A stretch of 38,906 bases of DNA from Paludibacteraceae bacterium (GCA_017423085.1 JAFPGA010000183.1:1-38906), one strand, 5' to 3'. Positions 1 through 8,621 are shown, counted from the first letter of the stretch. The notes: generated from the sequence alone by a model not told the origin. Numbers and translations are program-made.

Positions 1-2954
1 GTACCGGACTCTGTTGTACGGAAACGTACTTTGGTAGCAATCTCATCGAGTTGGAGGGTTCCTGAAGCTGTTGCGTCTGTACCTACCACTTGATTGTATA
101 TCGTCTGCCATCCCCATACACCGTCCACTTTCGTATATTGATCTACCATCAACGCTGCATAGGTCGGTTTAATTATGCCGCCGGCCCAACCGCTTTTTTC
201 TCCATGTTTTGCAGAGAAGGTGAGCGTTGTCGGTGTTCCGTTCAAAGTATATTCCCTCTCCAGACTGCCTTCGCTCAGCGTCAACGAACCGACAGACAAT
301 GCCATTTCGTTACACTGCGAAGCAGGGTTACGAACGATGACGTAGTTCACTGCGCTTACTTCCAACCACTCTACGTCCAAGGAATCTAATCCACCTGCCT
401 GTGTAGCGGTGACATAGGTCTCGCCTTCACCTACCACAATCAGCATGTTACCTTCTACACGTACCACATTCTCGTTCGCCGAAGTATAAACGATTTCCAT
501 ACCGCTGGTAGCAGTAGCGTTCAGTTCAACCGGCTCGCTGGTCGTCAGCAGACCATAGAGATTCTGATCCCAGGTGATGACTTGTTTTTGCAGTGCCGTT
601 ACGGTAAAGGTTTGTGTATCGCTTACCTCTGCGTACTCGTTGTTTCCTGCCTGATGAGCGGTGATCTCAGCCGTTCCGACTGCCTTTGCCACCAAGATAG
701 TATCATCGATTACCTCAATGATTTCGCTGTCGCTGGAAGTGTAGGTAATCAGCTCTCCACTCTGTGCCGTTGCAATAACAGCCATTTCCTCGCTCGGATA
801 ACGCTCTCCTACGTTCATCGCATAACCCGTTGCGACCAAGTCTGCGTTCCAATTGATCGTTTGGATACGCTTGGTTGTTTCTGCGCTTACATAAATAGTC
901 TTGGTGTAAGCATCATTCCCGTTGCTAATGGTGATATACGCTTCGTTGCTACCAACCTCTCCCGTGTGAGTATAAGAAATAGAAATCTCCTGCGAACCCA
1001 GTTGGTCATAGTTGGCAAACTCAGACGGAGAAACCGTGAAACGCGGGTTGCTGCTCTCTACCGTCATCGGCGCGATATTACACCAGTTCACATTCGCCGT
1101 TTTGACAACTTCTCCGGAGTAAATAACCGCAGAACCGAAATCAATACTTGCCGGTTCGGGATCTTGCACGTACTTCAATTCGCTGATGTGTATATTGCGG
1201 ATGTAGGCACCGAAGTTACCCGAATAACAGAGTAACACATAACGGGTTGTCGGTTGCAACTGAATGGAGTAACTCTTAAAGGTTGTTCCATCATAGGTAT
1301 CCAGCCAGATGTTCTCAGACGGCATAGAAGAGGTAGCACTCTCTTTTACAAACCACTCCACATTCGTCACACCGCCTAACAAAGTACCGATACCTCCACC
1401 GACAGAAGAAGGAATAGCGATCTCGAATGTCAACTTATCGGGAATACCCTCAAAATGCAGAATGACATACTTGTCGTCATTGTTAAATCCGCCACCACCT
1501 ACATCACCAAGGATGATACCATTCTCGTTATCCCACGAGTTACTACCCTCCGAAGCAACTTTAACCGGATCATAATTCCAAACAGAAGCACTCATCGTAA
1601 GCGGCAAGTGAAGCGGATCGCTCTCTACCGTCACTTGGAACTCCACATACGTCGTTCCATAGGTGTCCGTTTCCGGCAAGGTTGCACGGAAAGTAGCCGT
1701 ACCGATCTCACCTGCTTTGATAACACCATCCTTATACGAAGCATAAGCGCCGCCACTAACCGTTGTGACTACCACTTCTGCGTCAGATACTTTATTGAAC
1801 GAAATCGTAGCTGTTTTTCCCTGGAAAATAATTACGCTCGATTGCTCCACACCATTGAGAAGAACCGACAGACTCGGAGTCTTCTTATTGACGGTAATGG
1901 ATAATTCTTCTTGCTTGTAAACCAACTCATCTGTTTCCTGTTGCGTGATGGTGATAGTAGCCGTTCCGACACCAACACCTGTGAGCGCACCTGTTTCTGC
2001 GTTGTACTCCACGATACCGGCAGGAGTAATCTGGACAGAAGGATTATTGACATTCGTTAAGGTCAATTGAGCCGTTTGGTCCAACTCAATCTCAGTTCTG
2101 TCCAACACAAACATCGGGGTATATTTAGTTGCCCAATGTGCAATGAGGTTCATATCAGCAGTCGGTCTGATGACCGTTCCTGTTGTTCCAACCCACGCCT
2201 CGCCGTTATACCATCCGTCAAACAGGGAGCCGGTTTTGGTAGCTTCCGGCAGCGTAATTGCGCCATCAGCCCAAACGGCATAAAGGTCAAACACCTCATT
2301 TTCTGTGGTTGTCAAATTATAGATACTCTGACCATTCGTATAAACGACTGCGCCGTTCTCCGATCTTGCCCATCCGCTGAACGTATAGTTGGCTGTCGTT
2401 CCCGTCTCAGCACACTCGCCTTCGTTCGCATCATACGTAACGGCATACTGACGAACAAATGCATTCGCTGTCAGAGGCGTAGATGCATCGTACGAGATAG
2501 CCTGATTTGCCATTTCACCGGAAGTAGCACCGTTACCATGGAACGCCATGTAGTACTTAATCGGAATAAAGATACCTGCGTAATAAGAATTCTGCGCTCC
2601 GATGCCGGTAGCCGACTGTGTAACGCTCTGTCCTTGTCCGGTCAAATCACTGGTATTGGTAAGAGTTGTCTTACTGTTGTAATTGCTCTCATTGGTTTTA
2701 TACCAGTTACGGAAATTGTATCCCGGATTGGCTTTGTAAAACAAATAGAACGTCTTGTTTCCGCTGGCGCCGAAACCACCTTGCTCATCATGATCATCGG
2801 TGTACGTAAATTCTGCCGGAGGTGTATTCGACGTCTGAACATCTACATATCCACCTGCTTGAGGAGATGAATAAACGTACACATGTGCTTGTCCGCCCCA
2901 CATCTGGCCTAAGCCAAGAAGGACCACACTAAGTAATGTAAAGATTTTTTTCAT
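1..2954 (-). CDS. Large secreted cell-surface (adhesin-like) protein. The N-terminus is present and the C-terminus lies beyond the left window edge. It contains Listeria-Bacteroides-type repeats and Ig-like repeats.
   Basis: This gene is missing from the ORF track because it is open at the window edge. The minus-strand frame from ATG 2954 reads MKKIFTLLSVVLLGLGQMWGGQAHV (signal peptide). I hand-translated the stretch around 2340-2470 and codons 122..3 and both are stop-free and in frame; the rest was read only roughly by eye. Segments YAVTYDANEGE..YTFSGWARS..DLYAVWA and GSLFDGWYNGE fit the Listeria-Bacteroides (Flg_new) repeat pattern. The long plus-strand ORFs here (582-1235, 2067-2870 and others) behave as antisense shadows. 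Confidence 0.75.
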   Translation of the reverse strand, partial: MKKIFTLLSVVLLGLGQMWGGQAHVYVYSSPQAGGYVDVQTSNTPPAEFTYTDDHDEQGGFGASGNKTFYLFYKANPGYNFRNWYKTNESNYNSKTTLTNTSDLTGQGQSVTQSATGIGAQNSYYAGIFIPIKYYMAFHGNGATSGEMANQAISYDASTPLTANAFVRQYAVTYDANEGECAETGTTANYTFSGWARSENGAVVYTNGQSIYNLTTTENEVFDLYAVWADGAITLPEATKTGSLFDGWYNGEAWVGTTGTVIRPTADMNLIAHWATKYTPMFVLDRTEIELDQTAQLTLTNVNNPSVQITPAGIVEYNAETGALTGVGVGTATITITQQETDELVYKQEELSITVNKKTPSLSVLLNGVEQSSVIIFQGKTATISFNKVSDAEVVVTTVSGGAYASYKDGVIKAGEIGTATFRATLPETDTYGTTYVEFQVTVESDPLHLPLTMSASVWNYDPVKVASEGSNSWDNENGIILGDVGGGGFNNDDKYVILHFEGIPDKLTFEIAIPSSVGGGIGTLLGGVTNVEWFVKESATSSMPSENIWLDTYDGTTFKSYSIQLQPTTRYVLLCYSGNFGAYIRNIHISELKYVQDPEPASIDFGSAVIYSGEVVKTANVNWCNIAPMTVESSNPRFTVSPSEFANYDQLGSQEISISYTHTGEVGSNEAYITISNGNDAYTKTIYVSAETTKRIQTINWNADLVATGYAMNVGERYPSEEMAVIATAQSGELITYTSSDSEIIEVIDDTILVAKAVGTAEITAHQAGNNEYAEVSDTQTFTVTALQKQVITWDQNLYGLLTTSEPVELNATATSGMEIVYTSANENVVRVEGNMLIVVGEGETYVTATQAGGLDSLDVEWLEVSAVNYVIVRNPASQCNEMALSVGSLTLSEGSLEREYTLNGTPTTLTFSAKHGEKSGWAGGIIKPTYAALMVDQYTKVDGVWGWQTIYNQVVGTDATASGTLQLDEIATKVRFRTTESG

Positions 2955-3012
2955 ACCTTAATTATTAAATTATATTTTTTTGTTGTTCTTAAAATTCGTA
3001 TCAAAAAACGCG

Positions 3013-3043
3013 CAAAATTACTACTTTTTTTTGATATAACAAA
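3013..3043 (-). promoter_or_regulatory. Bacteroidetes sigma-A type promoter for the large surface-protein gene
   Basis: On the minus strand: TTTG (3043-3040), 19 nt, TAATTTTG (3020-3013). This matches the TTTG-N19-21-TAnnTTTG consensus and lies about 59 nt upstream of ATG 2954. Confidence 0.4.
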
Positions 3044-3126
3044 AAAATCGTACGCGTACGCGCACGAATAATAATTAGGTGTAGCCGATTCTTAAAGAAA
3101 AGACCGTTTCGCTGATAGAATATAGA

Positions 3127-3393
3127 CTACTCTATTACTCCGGCATCTTTCCAGGCTTTCAGAGTAGCTTCGACATCTTGGAGCGCTTGAGCGGGAGTGA
3201 CATCGTATTCTGCACAAAGAGCTTTGCACAGTTTGTCGGCATCAAACTCACCCTGCTGCGCCTGTTCCCAAAGGAACGCCGCCGTCTCGTTGAGCGTGAT
3301 CATCTTATTGAAATTGATAAGCGTGATTGATTCGCCTACCAGAATATACTCATTACCTAACTTACGCAGTTTAAAACCGTCAATTGTATGCAT
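3127..3393 (-). CDS. PqqD-family protein (stand-alone RiPP-recognition-element-like peptide chaperone)
   Basis: The product is 88 aa. ITLNETAAFLWEQAQQGEFDADKLCKALCAEYDVTPAQALQDVEATLKAWKDAGVIE follows the PqqD pattern (LN.t...iW..l.g..t..el...l...y.v....a..Dv..fl..L...G.i). It lies 19 nt downstream of the peptidase ORF. Confidence 0.7.
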   Translation of the reverse strand: MHTIDGFKLRKLGNEYILVGESITLINFNKMITLNETAAFLWEQAQQGEFDADKLCKALCAEYDVTPAQALQDVEATLKAWKDAGVIE

Positions 3394-3412
3394 TGAAATT
3401 AAAAATTAAAAA

Positions 3413-3877
3413 TTAAGAATTATAACACCACGCCAAAACCGTGTGACGATATATCTTTAACAACCATTTGCGGACGGGGAAGAGGTGATACCATACTCGT
3501 CCGCGTGTGATCGTCTTATTCCGCCCATCGGGTCGCTGAATCGCTGCTACACGACCGATGATGTCTTCGCGGCGGCAGTATTCTTCGCCGCGCAGGTTTC
3601 CGTCACCCTGCAGCACGCAGATTCGTTCCTCTCCGCGTTGCGCTATCCGCACCAAGCGATGCAGCACATAGGTTCTGCTGTTGTCCGGTGTCCGAACGCT
3701 TGCCAGAAGGATGTCTCCGACTTGCGGTTCGTCCGTCAGGGGCTTGAGAATCACACTGTCTTTACCGCCCTCAATGAACGGACGCATACTGACACCGGAG
3801 GGAGTGAAGAGCACTTCTTTGCGGTCTCGCAGCAGGTTGGCGAACTCAGGTATCAATATGTCGTTTTCTACCGTCAT
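3413..3877 (-). CDS. S24/S26-family serine peptidase, SipW/Sec11-like (predicted Ser/His), with no signal anchor
   Basis: The product is 154 aa. It has GVSMRP (nucleophile Ser motif), VGDILL, YVLHRLV about 43 residues after the Ser, and QGDGN, which resembles the KGDNN box of S26B peptidases. There is no N-terminal hydrophobic segment. Its ATG overlaps the stop of the upstream ORF (ATGA at 3874-3877). Confidence 0.7.
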   Translation of the reverse strand: MTVENDILIPEFANLLRDRKEVLFTPSGVSMRPFIEGGKDSVILKPLTDEPQVGDILLASVRTPDNSRTYVLHRLVRIAQRGEERICVLQGDGNLRGEEYCRREDIIGRVAAIQRPDGRNKTITRGRVWYHLFPVRKWLLKIYRHTVLAWCYNS

Positions 3878-4416
3878 TCGGTCACCACCCGCAAGCAGTT
3901 ACATGCATTCGTTTGGTACGTGATGGATTTGATATACATCGTCGAACCACTGGATTGACGCACTATCTTGAGACAATACGCGCCTTTAGACGGCATCGCC
4001 ACCTCAATAGAGTTAATATCCACCGATATTCCCGAAGTTATCTGCGTCCAACTATCGCCATCGTCCGACGAGATATAAAAGTCCACATTAGCTGCATTGG
4101 CAGGAGTGCGCCAAAGGATGATTTTCGTCAGGTTCTCCACCGCCGGAGCAGTGGTCACATAACTACCACTGCTCGGCAGATTGAGAGAAACCGTCGCCGC
4201 GTCTTCCGCGAGACCAAATGTTCCACTTGTGCCGCACGTATAAGTCAGCTCCGGCGTTAACGTCGTTACACCGACCGTATAACCGCTTGGCCAAGCCAGC
4301 GTCTTTCCACTCATTTCATGGAAATTATGCGTATTGGCAGTTAATACTGCATGGCTATTCGCCACGCAAAACGCCAAGAGGCACAGGGTTGCGCTATAAC
4401 GAAGAAAATGTTTCAT
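3874..4416 (-). CDS. Small secreted hypothetical protein (180 aa, signal peptide, beta-rich)
   Basis: MKHFLRYSATLCLLAFCVANSHA|VL is a classic signal peptide with an SHA cleavage motif. ATG 4416 abuts the protease stop codon (4417-4419). I recognise no family. Confidence 0.65.
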   Translation of the reverse strand: MKHFLRYSATLCLLAFCVANSHAVLTANTHNFHEMSGKTLAWPSGYTVGVTTLTPELTYTCGTSGTFGLAEDAATVSLNLPSSGSYVTTAPAVENLTKIILWRTPANAANVDFYISSDDGDSWTQITSGISVDINSIEVAMPSKGAYCLKIVRQSSGSTMYIKSITYQTNACNCLRVVTE

Positions 4417-6738
4417 TTATTCTACGCGTACACCGGTGAGGGTATAAACCTCTTCACCGCGAATGATTACCATTTGTCCGTTACGGATTGCTTTGACAGC
4501 TGCCGGTTGAGCGATCGTTACCTGCTCAACTCCTGTACCGCTTGTACAAGCCGTGCTATAGTCGCTATACGAAGCACCGCCACCTTCGCCACCGATCTCC
4601 AGGTCGAAGTACTCGGTGCCATTAAGATTGCTGGTTGCATAAGCGCCGAAGACGTTATATTCCCCTGCACGGAAGATGAGCGCACGACCTGCATTAGCCG
4701 ACGAATTAACACGCCATGTTCCTTTCGAACCATTCTCCACAGACCAAGTCTGTGCCGTATTGGACAAGCTGACGTTGGTTTTGGATCCGTTGGTCAGATA
4801 CTTGCCGCCGGTCTGGATGGTAAATCCGCCACTGACCGGTGTCAGCAAAAAATCTGCTGCATCTGCTTCGTTGGTTGTACTCTGCAACTTGTTATTGTTT
4901 ACCGTAGCCGCAGCGTAATACTTTGTATTACCTATCTGTGCATAGATCTTGAACGTACCACCAGTAGTACCGTCGAAAGCTGCTTCACCGCTTTCGCCCT
5001 CGCCTTCTTGATCAGCAAAGACAGCATAGAAGACTGCTCCCTCTTCCACCGCGTCACCGGCTTTCGCAAAGGTCGGAGCGGTGGTCTCGCTGCTATAGTT
5101 GGCTTGGCTGCACCAGCCTACGAATACGCGTCCATCGGAACAAGCCACAGGATCCGTTTCCGGCAATGTCAGTGTGCCGGTACTTTGAATAGTCTCGTAC
5201 GGTTTGCCAAAGGCAACAAAGTTCACATCAAACGGATCTACCGGAATCACCGGCTCCTCAATATAGGTCAAAGTTACGACTCCATTCGACTCTGCAATAT
5301 TTAATAACGGTTTACCGCTCACGCCGGACCATGAAGTCTTATTGCCGGTTCCCGGGAAGGGGTTCTTCGGACAGTTATCCGTAGAACCATCCCATCCGAT
5401 CTTGGTTCCGGTAGCAGAAACAACGGTATAGAGCGGAGCTCCGCTGGTTTCTGAGTTATTCGGCGCGTTATTCTCCCAAGCGGATTCATTGAAATTGACT
5501 TTCCAGATGAGCATGCCGTGTCCGGTGAGCGGAGCATCCCAGCCCACAGCCTGACGGTTTTCGATATAATAGCGCAGACCAGCCGTCGTCGGACCGACAT
5601 AGTTTCCGTTTGAGGTGATCTGATACGCCTGATAATTCTCCGTTCCGTTTGCATAGAGCGTTACGTTCTGACCTTCATTACCCAAGTTAACGGTAGTATG
5701 CCAGCCGAAGAACTCTTTCTCCCACGGGTCGTAGTTAGGCGGGCAGTGTCCGTCACCGTTGTAGCTACCACCGTCCATAATATCCCAGTCGTTCGGCGTA
5801 AGATTATTATCATAAACCGTTCCATAATCAGTATCGTACAGATCCGGCAGACCCAATACGTGTCCAAACTCATGGCAGAGCGTACCGATACCACCTAACG
5901 AGTTACGAGACATCTCACCCGACATGGCATAGTTATCAATCCTCTTACCGCCTACTTTGCATTCCGAAGCAGAATAGGTACAATTGCCATAATAACGCGC
6001 TGACTCAACCGACCAGTTATGCGGCCAAATGGTCTCGGATGTACCACCGTCTGCCTGACCTTTACCGGCATAGATAACATAGACAAAGTCCACGTAGCCA
6101 TCATTATCGGAGTCGTAGTCTGCCCAGTTTATGGTAAACTGCTCATTCGCCAAACGACAGCCTTCTATTACCGCATCAGTAGCATGCTGATCATCGCCCT
6201 CTTTATCTCCATCCGTACCGTAATAAGCCACATTGCGGCTCAAGGTCACAGGACCGAACACGTCAAACTGGGGACGATACGCACCGTTACTCTGGTCCGC
6301 AAAATACTGCGCAGCAGACGGATAGCCGGCATTCACCGTACAGTTGGTCGAGTTGCACAACTCGTCAAACGTAGCCTGCGTGTGACCGCTCTGCATGTTC
6401 TTGTCGCTGAAGTTCACCAAAATAACGACTCCTTTAGGTGCCAAGTTCGGCTGCGTACCGATGTCTTTGCGCTGGCGACGCGCTACTGCTTTGGCGCGAC
6501 GTGCTTTCGCTACTGCGGGTGACGGTGCTTCACCAATCACCTCATACATTCCATTGATTTCACGTACCTGCTTGCCGTCACGATTAATCGTATAGTGATA
6601 GAACTCATCACCAATCACCTGCACTTCGATGGTTGTGCCATCCGCTTGCGTGCGTGTCTGCCATCCGCGGCGTGCGGGAACAGCGTTTGCAGCCATGACG
6701 AGACTGCACAATACTGCAACAATTACAATCCTCTTCAT
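4417..6738 (-). CDS. M6-family (immune inhibitor A-like) zinc metalloprotease with a C-terminal extension and a T9SS C-terminal sorting domain
   Basis: The zinc motif is HEFGHVLGLPDLYD. The signal peptide is MKRIVIVAVLCSLVMAANA. The tail VKAIRNGQMVIIRGEEVYTLTGVRVE is a type-A T9SS CTD. I set the start at ATG 6738 rather than 6786 because a promoter -7 box (6784-6791) lies inside the longer ORF. Confidence 0.85.
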   Translation of the reverse strand: MKRIVIVAVLCSLVMAANAVPARRGWQTRTQADGTTIEVQVIGDEFYHYTINRDGKQVREINGMYEVIGEAPSPAVAKARRAKAVARRQRKDIGTQPNLAPKGVVILVNFSDKNMQSGHTQATFDELCNSTNCTVNAGYPSAAQYFADQSNGAYRPQFDVFGPVTLSRNVAYYGTDGDKEGDDQHATDAVIEGCRLANEQFTINWADYDSDNDGYVDFVYVIYAGKGQADGGTSETIWPHNWSVESARYYGNCTYSASECKVGGKRIDNYAMSGEMSRNSLGGIGTLCHEFGHVLGLPDLYDTDYGTVYDNNLTPNDWDIMDGGSYNGDGHCPPNYDPWEKEFFGWHTTVNLGNEGQNVTLYANGTENYQAYQITSNGNYVGPTTAGLRYYIENRQAVGWDAPLTGHGMLIWKVNFNESAWENNAPNNSETSGAPLYTVVSATGTKIGWDGSTDNCPKNPFPGTGNKTSWSGVSGKPLLNIAESNGVVTLTYIEEPVIPVDPFDVNFVAFGKPYETIQSTGTLTLPETDPVACSDGRVFVGWCSQANYSSETTAPTFAKAGDAVEEGAVFYAVFADQEGEGESGEAAFDGTTGGTFKIYAQIGNTKYYAAATVNNNKLQSTTNEADAADFLLTPVSGGFTIQTGGKYLTNGSKTNVSLSNTAQTWSVENGSKGTWRVNSSANAGRALIFRAGEYNVFGAYATSNLNGTEYFDLEIGGEGGGASYSDYSTACTSGTGVEQVTIAQPAAVKAIRNGQMVIIRGEEVYTLTGVRVE

Positions 6739-6783
6739 TTGTGTTTTTATATTAGTAAAATATAGTTCGCTCCTAAAAGCGTG

Positions 6784-6815
6784 CAAAGGTACTGCTTTTT
6801 TCTGACATATGCAAA
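6784..6815 (-). promoter_or_regulatory. Promoter of the protease/peptidase/PqqD operon
   Basis: On the minus strand: TTTG (6815-6812), 20 nt, TACCTTTG (6791-6784), about 45 nt upstream of ATG 6738. Confidence 0.5.
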
Positions 6816-6934
6816 TTTAGAGCACAAAAAAACGACTTTATGCGCATATTTCTCTTACCGAACTATTTCTTCGACATTTCGAATGTGGAAAAATTGACGG
6901 TTTTTGCCGAAAATCAATTTTTACACCTTTTTTA

Positions 6935-6966
6935 TTTGCATATGTGCGTAAAAAGTTGTAATTTTG
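6935..6966 (+). promoter_or_regulatory. Promoter of the 7050-8537 gene
   Basis: TTTG (6935-6938), 20 nt, TAATTTTG (6959-6966). The leader to ATG 7050 is about 80 nt. Confidence 0.45.
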
Positions 6967-7049
6967 TAGTCGATTTGCAAAGTATAGTTGTCAAAACACT
7001 ATAAAACAACCAATTTTTTCGTTTAACTAAAAACAAAACACAAAACACA

Positions 7050-8537
7050 ATGAAAAAGATTTTCACATTCGCAGCAGCCATTTTGGCAAGCGCAGCAATG
7101 ATGGCCGCAGAGCCGACTTACGAATCTTATGATTGGGCAAGTGCAGCCGATATGGCAGCAGGTCTTGCAGGTGATGAAGCTGTATCGATTGCTGTAGTAA
7201 CATCCGGAAGTGACGGAAATGTTAGCGGTCACTGGTACAAAGCACTGAACAGTGCTATTGACGGAAGTGCCGACAATTTAGGAACTTACCTGTCTATTTC
7301 AGCAGCAAGTCAAATTGACTCCGTTGAGATATTCTTCTGCCCGAACGGCACCAACAATACCAATTTAGCTTGGGCAGGCTGGGGCCAAGGTGTAACTCCG
7401 AACCAAGAAGTAGGTACAAACTACGGCACAACAGCAAGTGTAAAATCTTCTAAATCCTGGGATAATGCTGTATGGCAAAAGATTGATTTGTCTGATAAGG
7501 AGATATACACCATTTATATCAGCCGTCAAGGAAAGAAATTAAAAAACAATAGCACAATCGACAACTTCGGTGATAACCAAACTGTTAACCTCCTTGGTCT
7601 TCGCGTTTGGCTCGCTAGCAGCACTCCTGTTACCGATCCTGTTGCAGAAGTTACCATTGCCGGTCCGACGGAGTGCTTCGTTGGTCAAAAGGCTACTTAC
7701 ACCGCTACTACCGATGTAAAAGCTACCAGCTATCAGTGGTATATTGGTTCGGATGCTGTAGAAGGAGCTACATCTGCTAAATTTGAGTTCACTCCGGACG
7801 CAATTGGTTCGTACAGCATTTCGTGCAACGCATCGAATGAGAACAACTCTGAGGCTGCTTCGTCGAATGTTATTACTCTCACCGTTACCGAGCGTCAGGC
7901 TCTGGAGCAAGTTGTTGTTACCGACCATACCACCTGGGACTTCTCGAAGGCTGCTACGGTTAGCCAGATCAAGTGGGAAGGCGACCAAAAAGACGCTGCT
8001 CCGGTTGTAATGGCAAACATTGACGGCATGAACAATGACGCTAACTTCAACAGCCAGGCTCTCTTGTTCTCGGGTGAGTATCCTATCCGTGACGGCAAGT
8101 ACTGCCAAGGCCCGCACTTGGAGTTCGCTATCAATGCTCCGGGTCTGCTGACCATTGTGTACAGCAACACGGGTAACCGTACGGCAGAAGAGGGTGAGAC
8201 CGAAGGCCAAGAGGCGCTGCGTCGTTTCCTCACCATCAATGGTCAGCTGGTTCCGGGTGATGCAGGTTCGATGAAGAGCAACGTGAACACGACGACCGCG
8301 AACATCGCTGTTGAGCCGGGTAATGTAGTTATCAGCGGAGCTATGCCTTACGGAGCGGATCCGACCGCTGCCCAGTACATTCGTATCTACAAAGTGATTT
8401 ACCAACGTACCGGTTGGCCAACCGCAATTGACAACAATGAGGTTGAGTTGAAGGCTGTTAAGCGCATTGTAAACGGTCAACTCTTGATTGAGAAGAACGG
8501 CGTTATGTACAACGCACAGGGTGTAGTGGTCAAATAA
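7050..8537 (+). CDS. Secreted hypothetical protein with an Ig/PKD-like repeat and a T9SS C-terminal sorting domain
   Basis: Signal peptide: MKKIFTFAAAILASAAMMAA. Ig-like segment: VTIAGPTECFVGQKATYTATT..YSISCNASN. The tail VKRIVNGQLLIEKNGVMYNAQGVVVK resembles the tails of both proteases. Confidence 0.8.
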   Translation: MKKIFTFAAAILASAAMMAAEPTYESYDWASAADMAAGLAGDEAVSIAVVTSGSDGNVSGHWYKALNSAIDGSADNLGTYLSISAASQIDSVEIFFCPNGTNNTNLAWAGWGQGVTPNQEVGTNYGTTASVKSSKSWDNAVWQKIDLSDKEIYTIYISRQGKKLKNNSTIDNFGDNQTVNLLGLRVWLASSTPVTDPVAEVTIAGPTECFVGQKATYTATTDVKATSYQWYIGSDAVEGATSAKFEFTPDAIGSYSISCNASNENNSEAASSNVITLTVTERQALEQVVVTDHTTWDFSKAATVSQIKWEGDQKDAAPVVMANIDGMNNDANFNSQALLFSGEYPIRDGKYCQGPHLEFAINAPGLLTIVYSNTGNRTAEEGETEGQEALRRFLTINGQLVPGDAGSMKSNVNTTTANIAVEPGNVVISGAMPYGADPTAAQYIRIYKVIYQRTGWPTAIDNNEVELKAVKRIVNGQLLIEKNGVMYNAQGVVVK

Positions 8538-8577
8538 GACATTTATAGCACGTGAAATTGCACTCAAATTGGGTAGG

Positions 8578-8621
8578 ACTTGCCTCCGACTTGACTCCGA
8601 TGTGAGTCCGATGTGACCCCA
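8578..8621 (+). repeat. Four tandem degenerate 11-mers (ACTTGcCTCCG ACTTGaCTCCG ATGTGAGTCCG ATGTGACCCCA)
   Basis: Read directly from the sequence. The repeat sits in the 3' UTR or intergenic region after the stop at 8537 and is flanked by AATTGGG (8567-8573) and CCCAATT (8618-8624). Confidence 0.4.

Noticed and set aside
582-2870. Long plus-strand ORFs (582-1235, 1455-1904, 2067-2870 and others)
   Set aside because: They lie antisense to an uninterrupted minus-strand frame that has a clear signal peptide and repeat domains. Their translations are Cys/Arg-rich and low-complexity with no motifs. They are shadow ORFs.
3127-4416. Calling the PqqD-like and peptidase pair a bona fide RiPP (for example lasso or sactipeptide) cluster
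   Set aside because: The window has no radical-SAM, cyclase, YcaO or ATP-grasp enzyme, no transporter, and no short precursor ORF. Only the recognition and peptidase components are visible, so the class cannot be assigned.
4351-5304. 317-aa plus-strand ORF
   Set aside because: It is antisense to the M6 protease gene, which carries HEXXH and a T9SS tail. It has no motifs or signal and its composition is implausible.
6739-6786. 16-codon N-terminal extension of protease 1 (MHAFRSELYFTNIKTQ)
   Set aside because: The promoter -7 box TACCTTTG (6784-6791) overlaps its start codon, and the shorter form begins with a canonical signal peptide.
7539-8567. 342-aa minus-strand ORF
   Set aside because: It lies wholly antisense to the 7050-8537 gene, which has a signal peptide, a CTD, and a promoter and terminator in the plus orientation.
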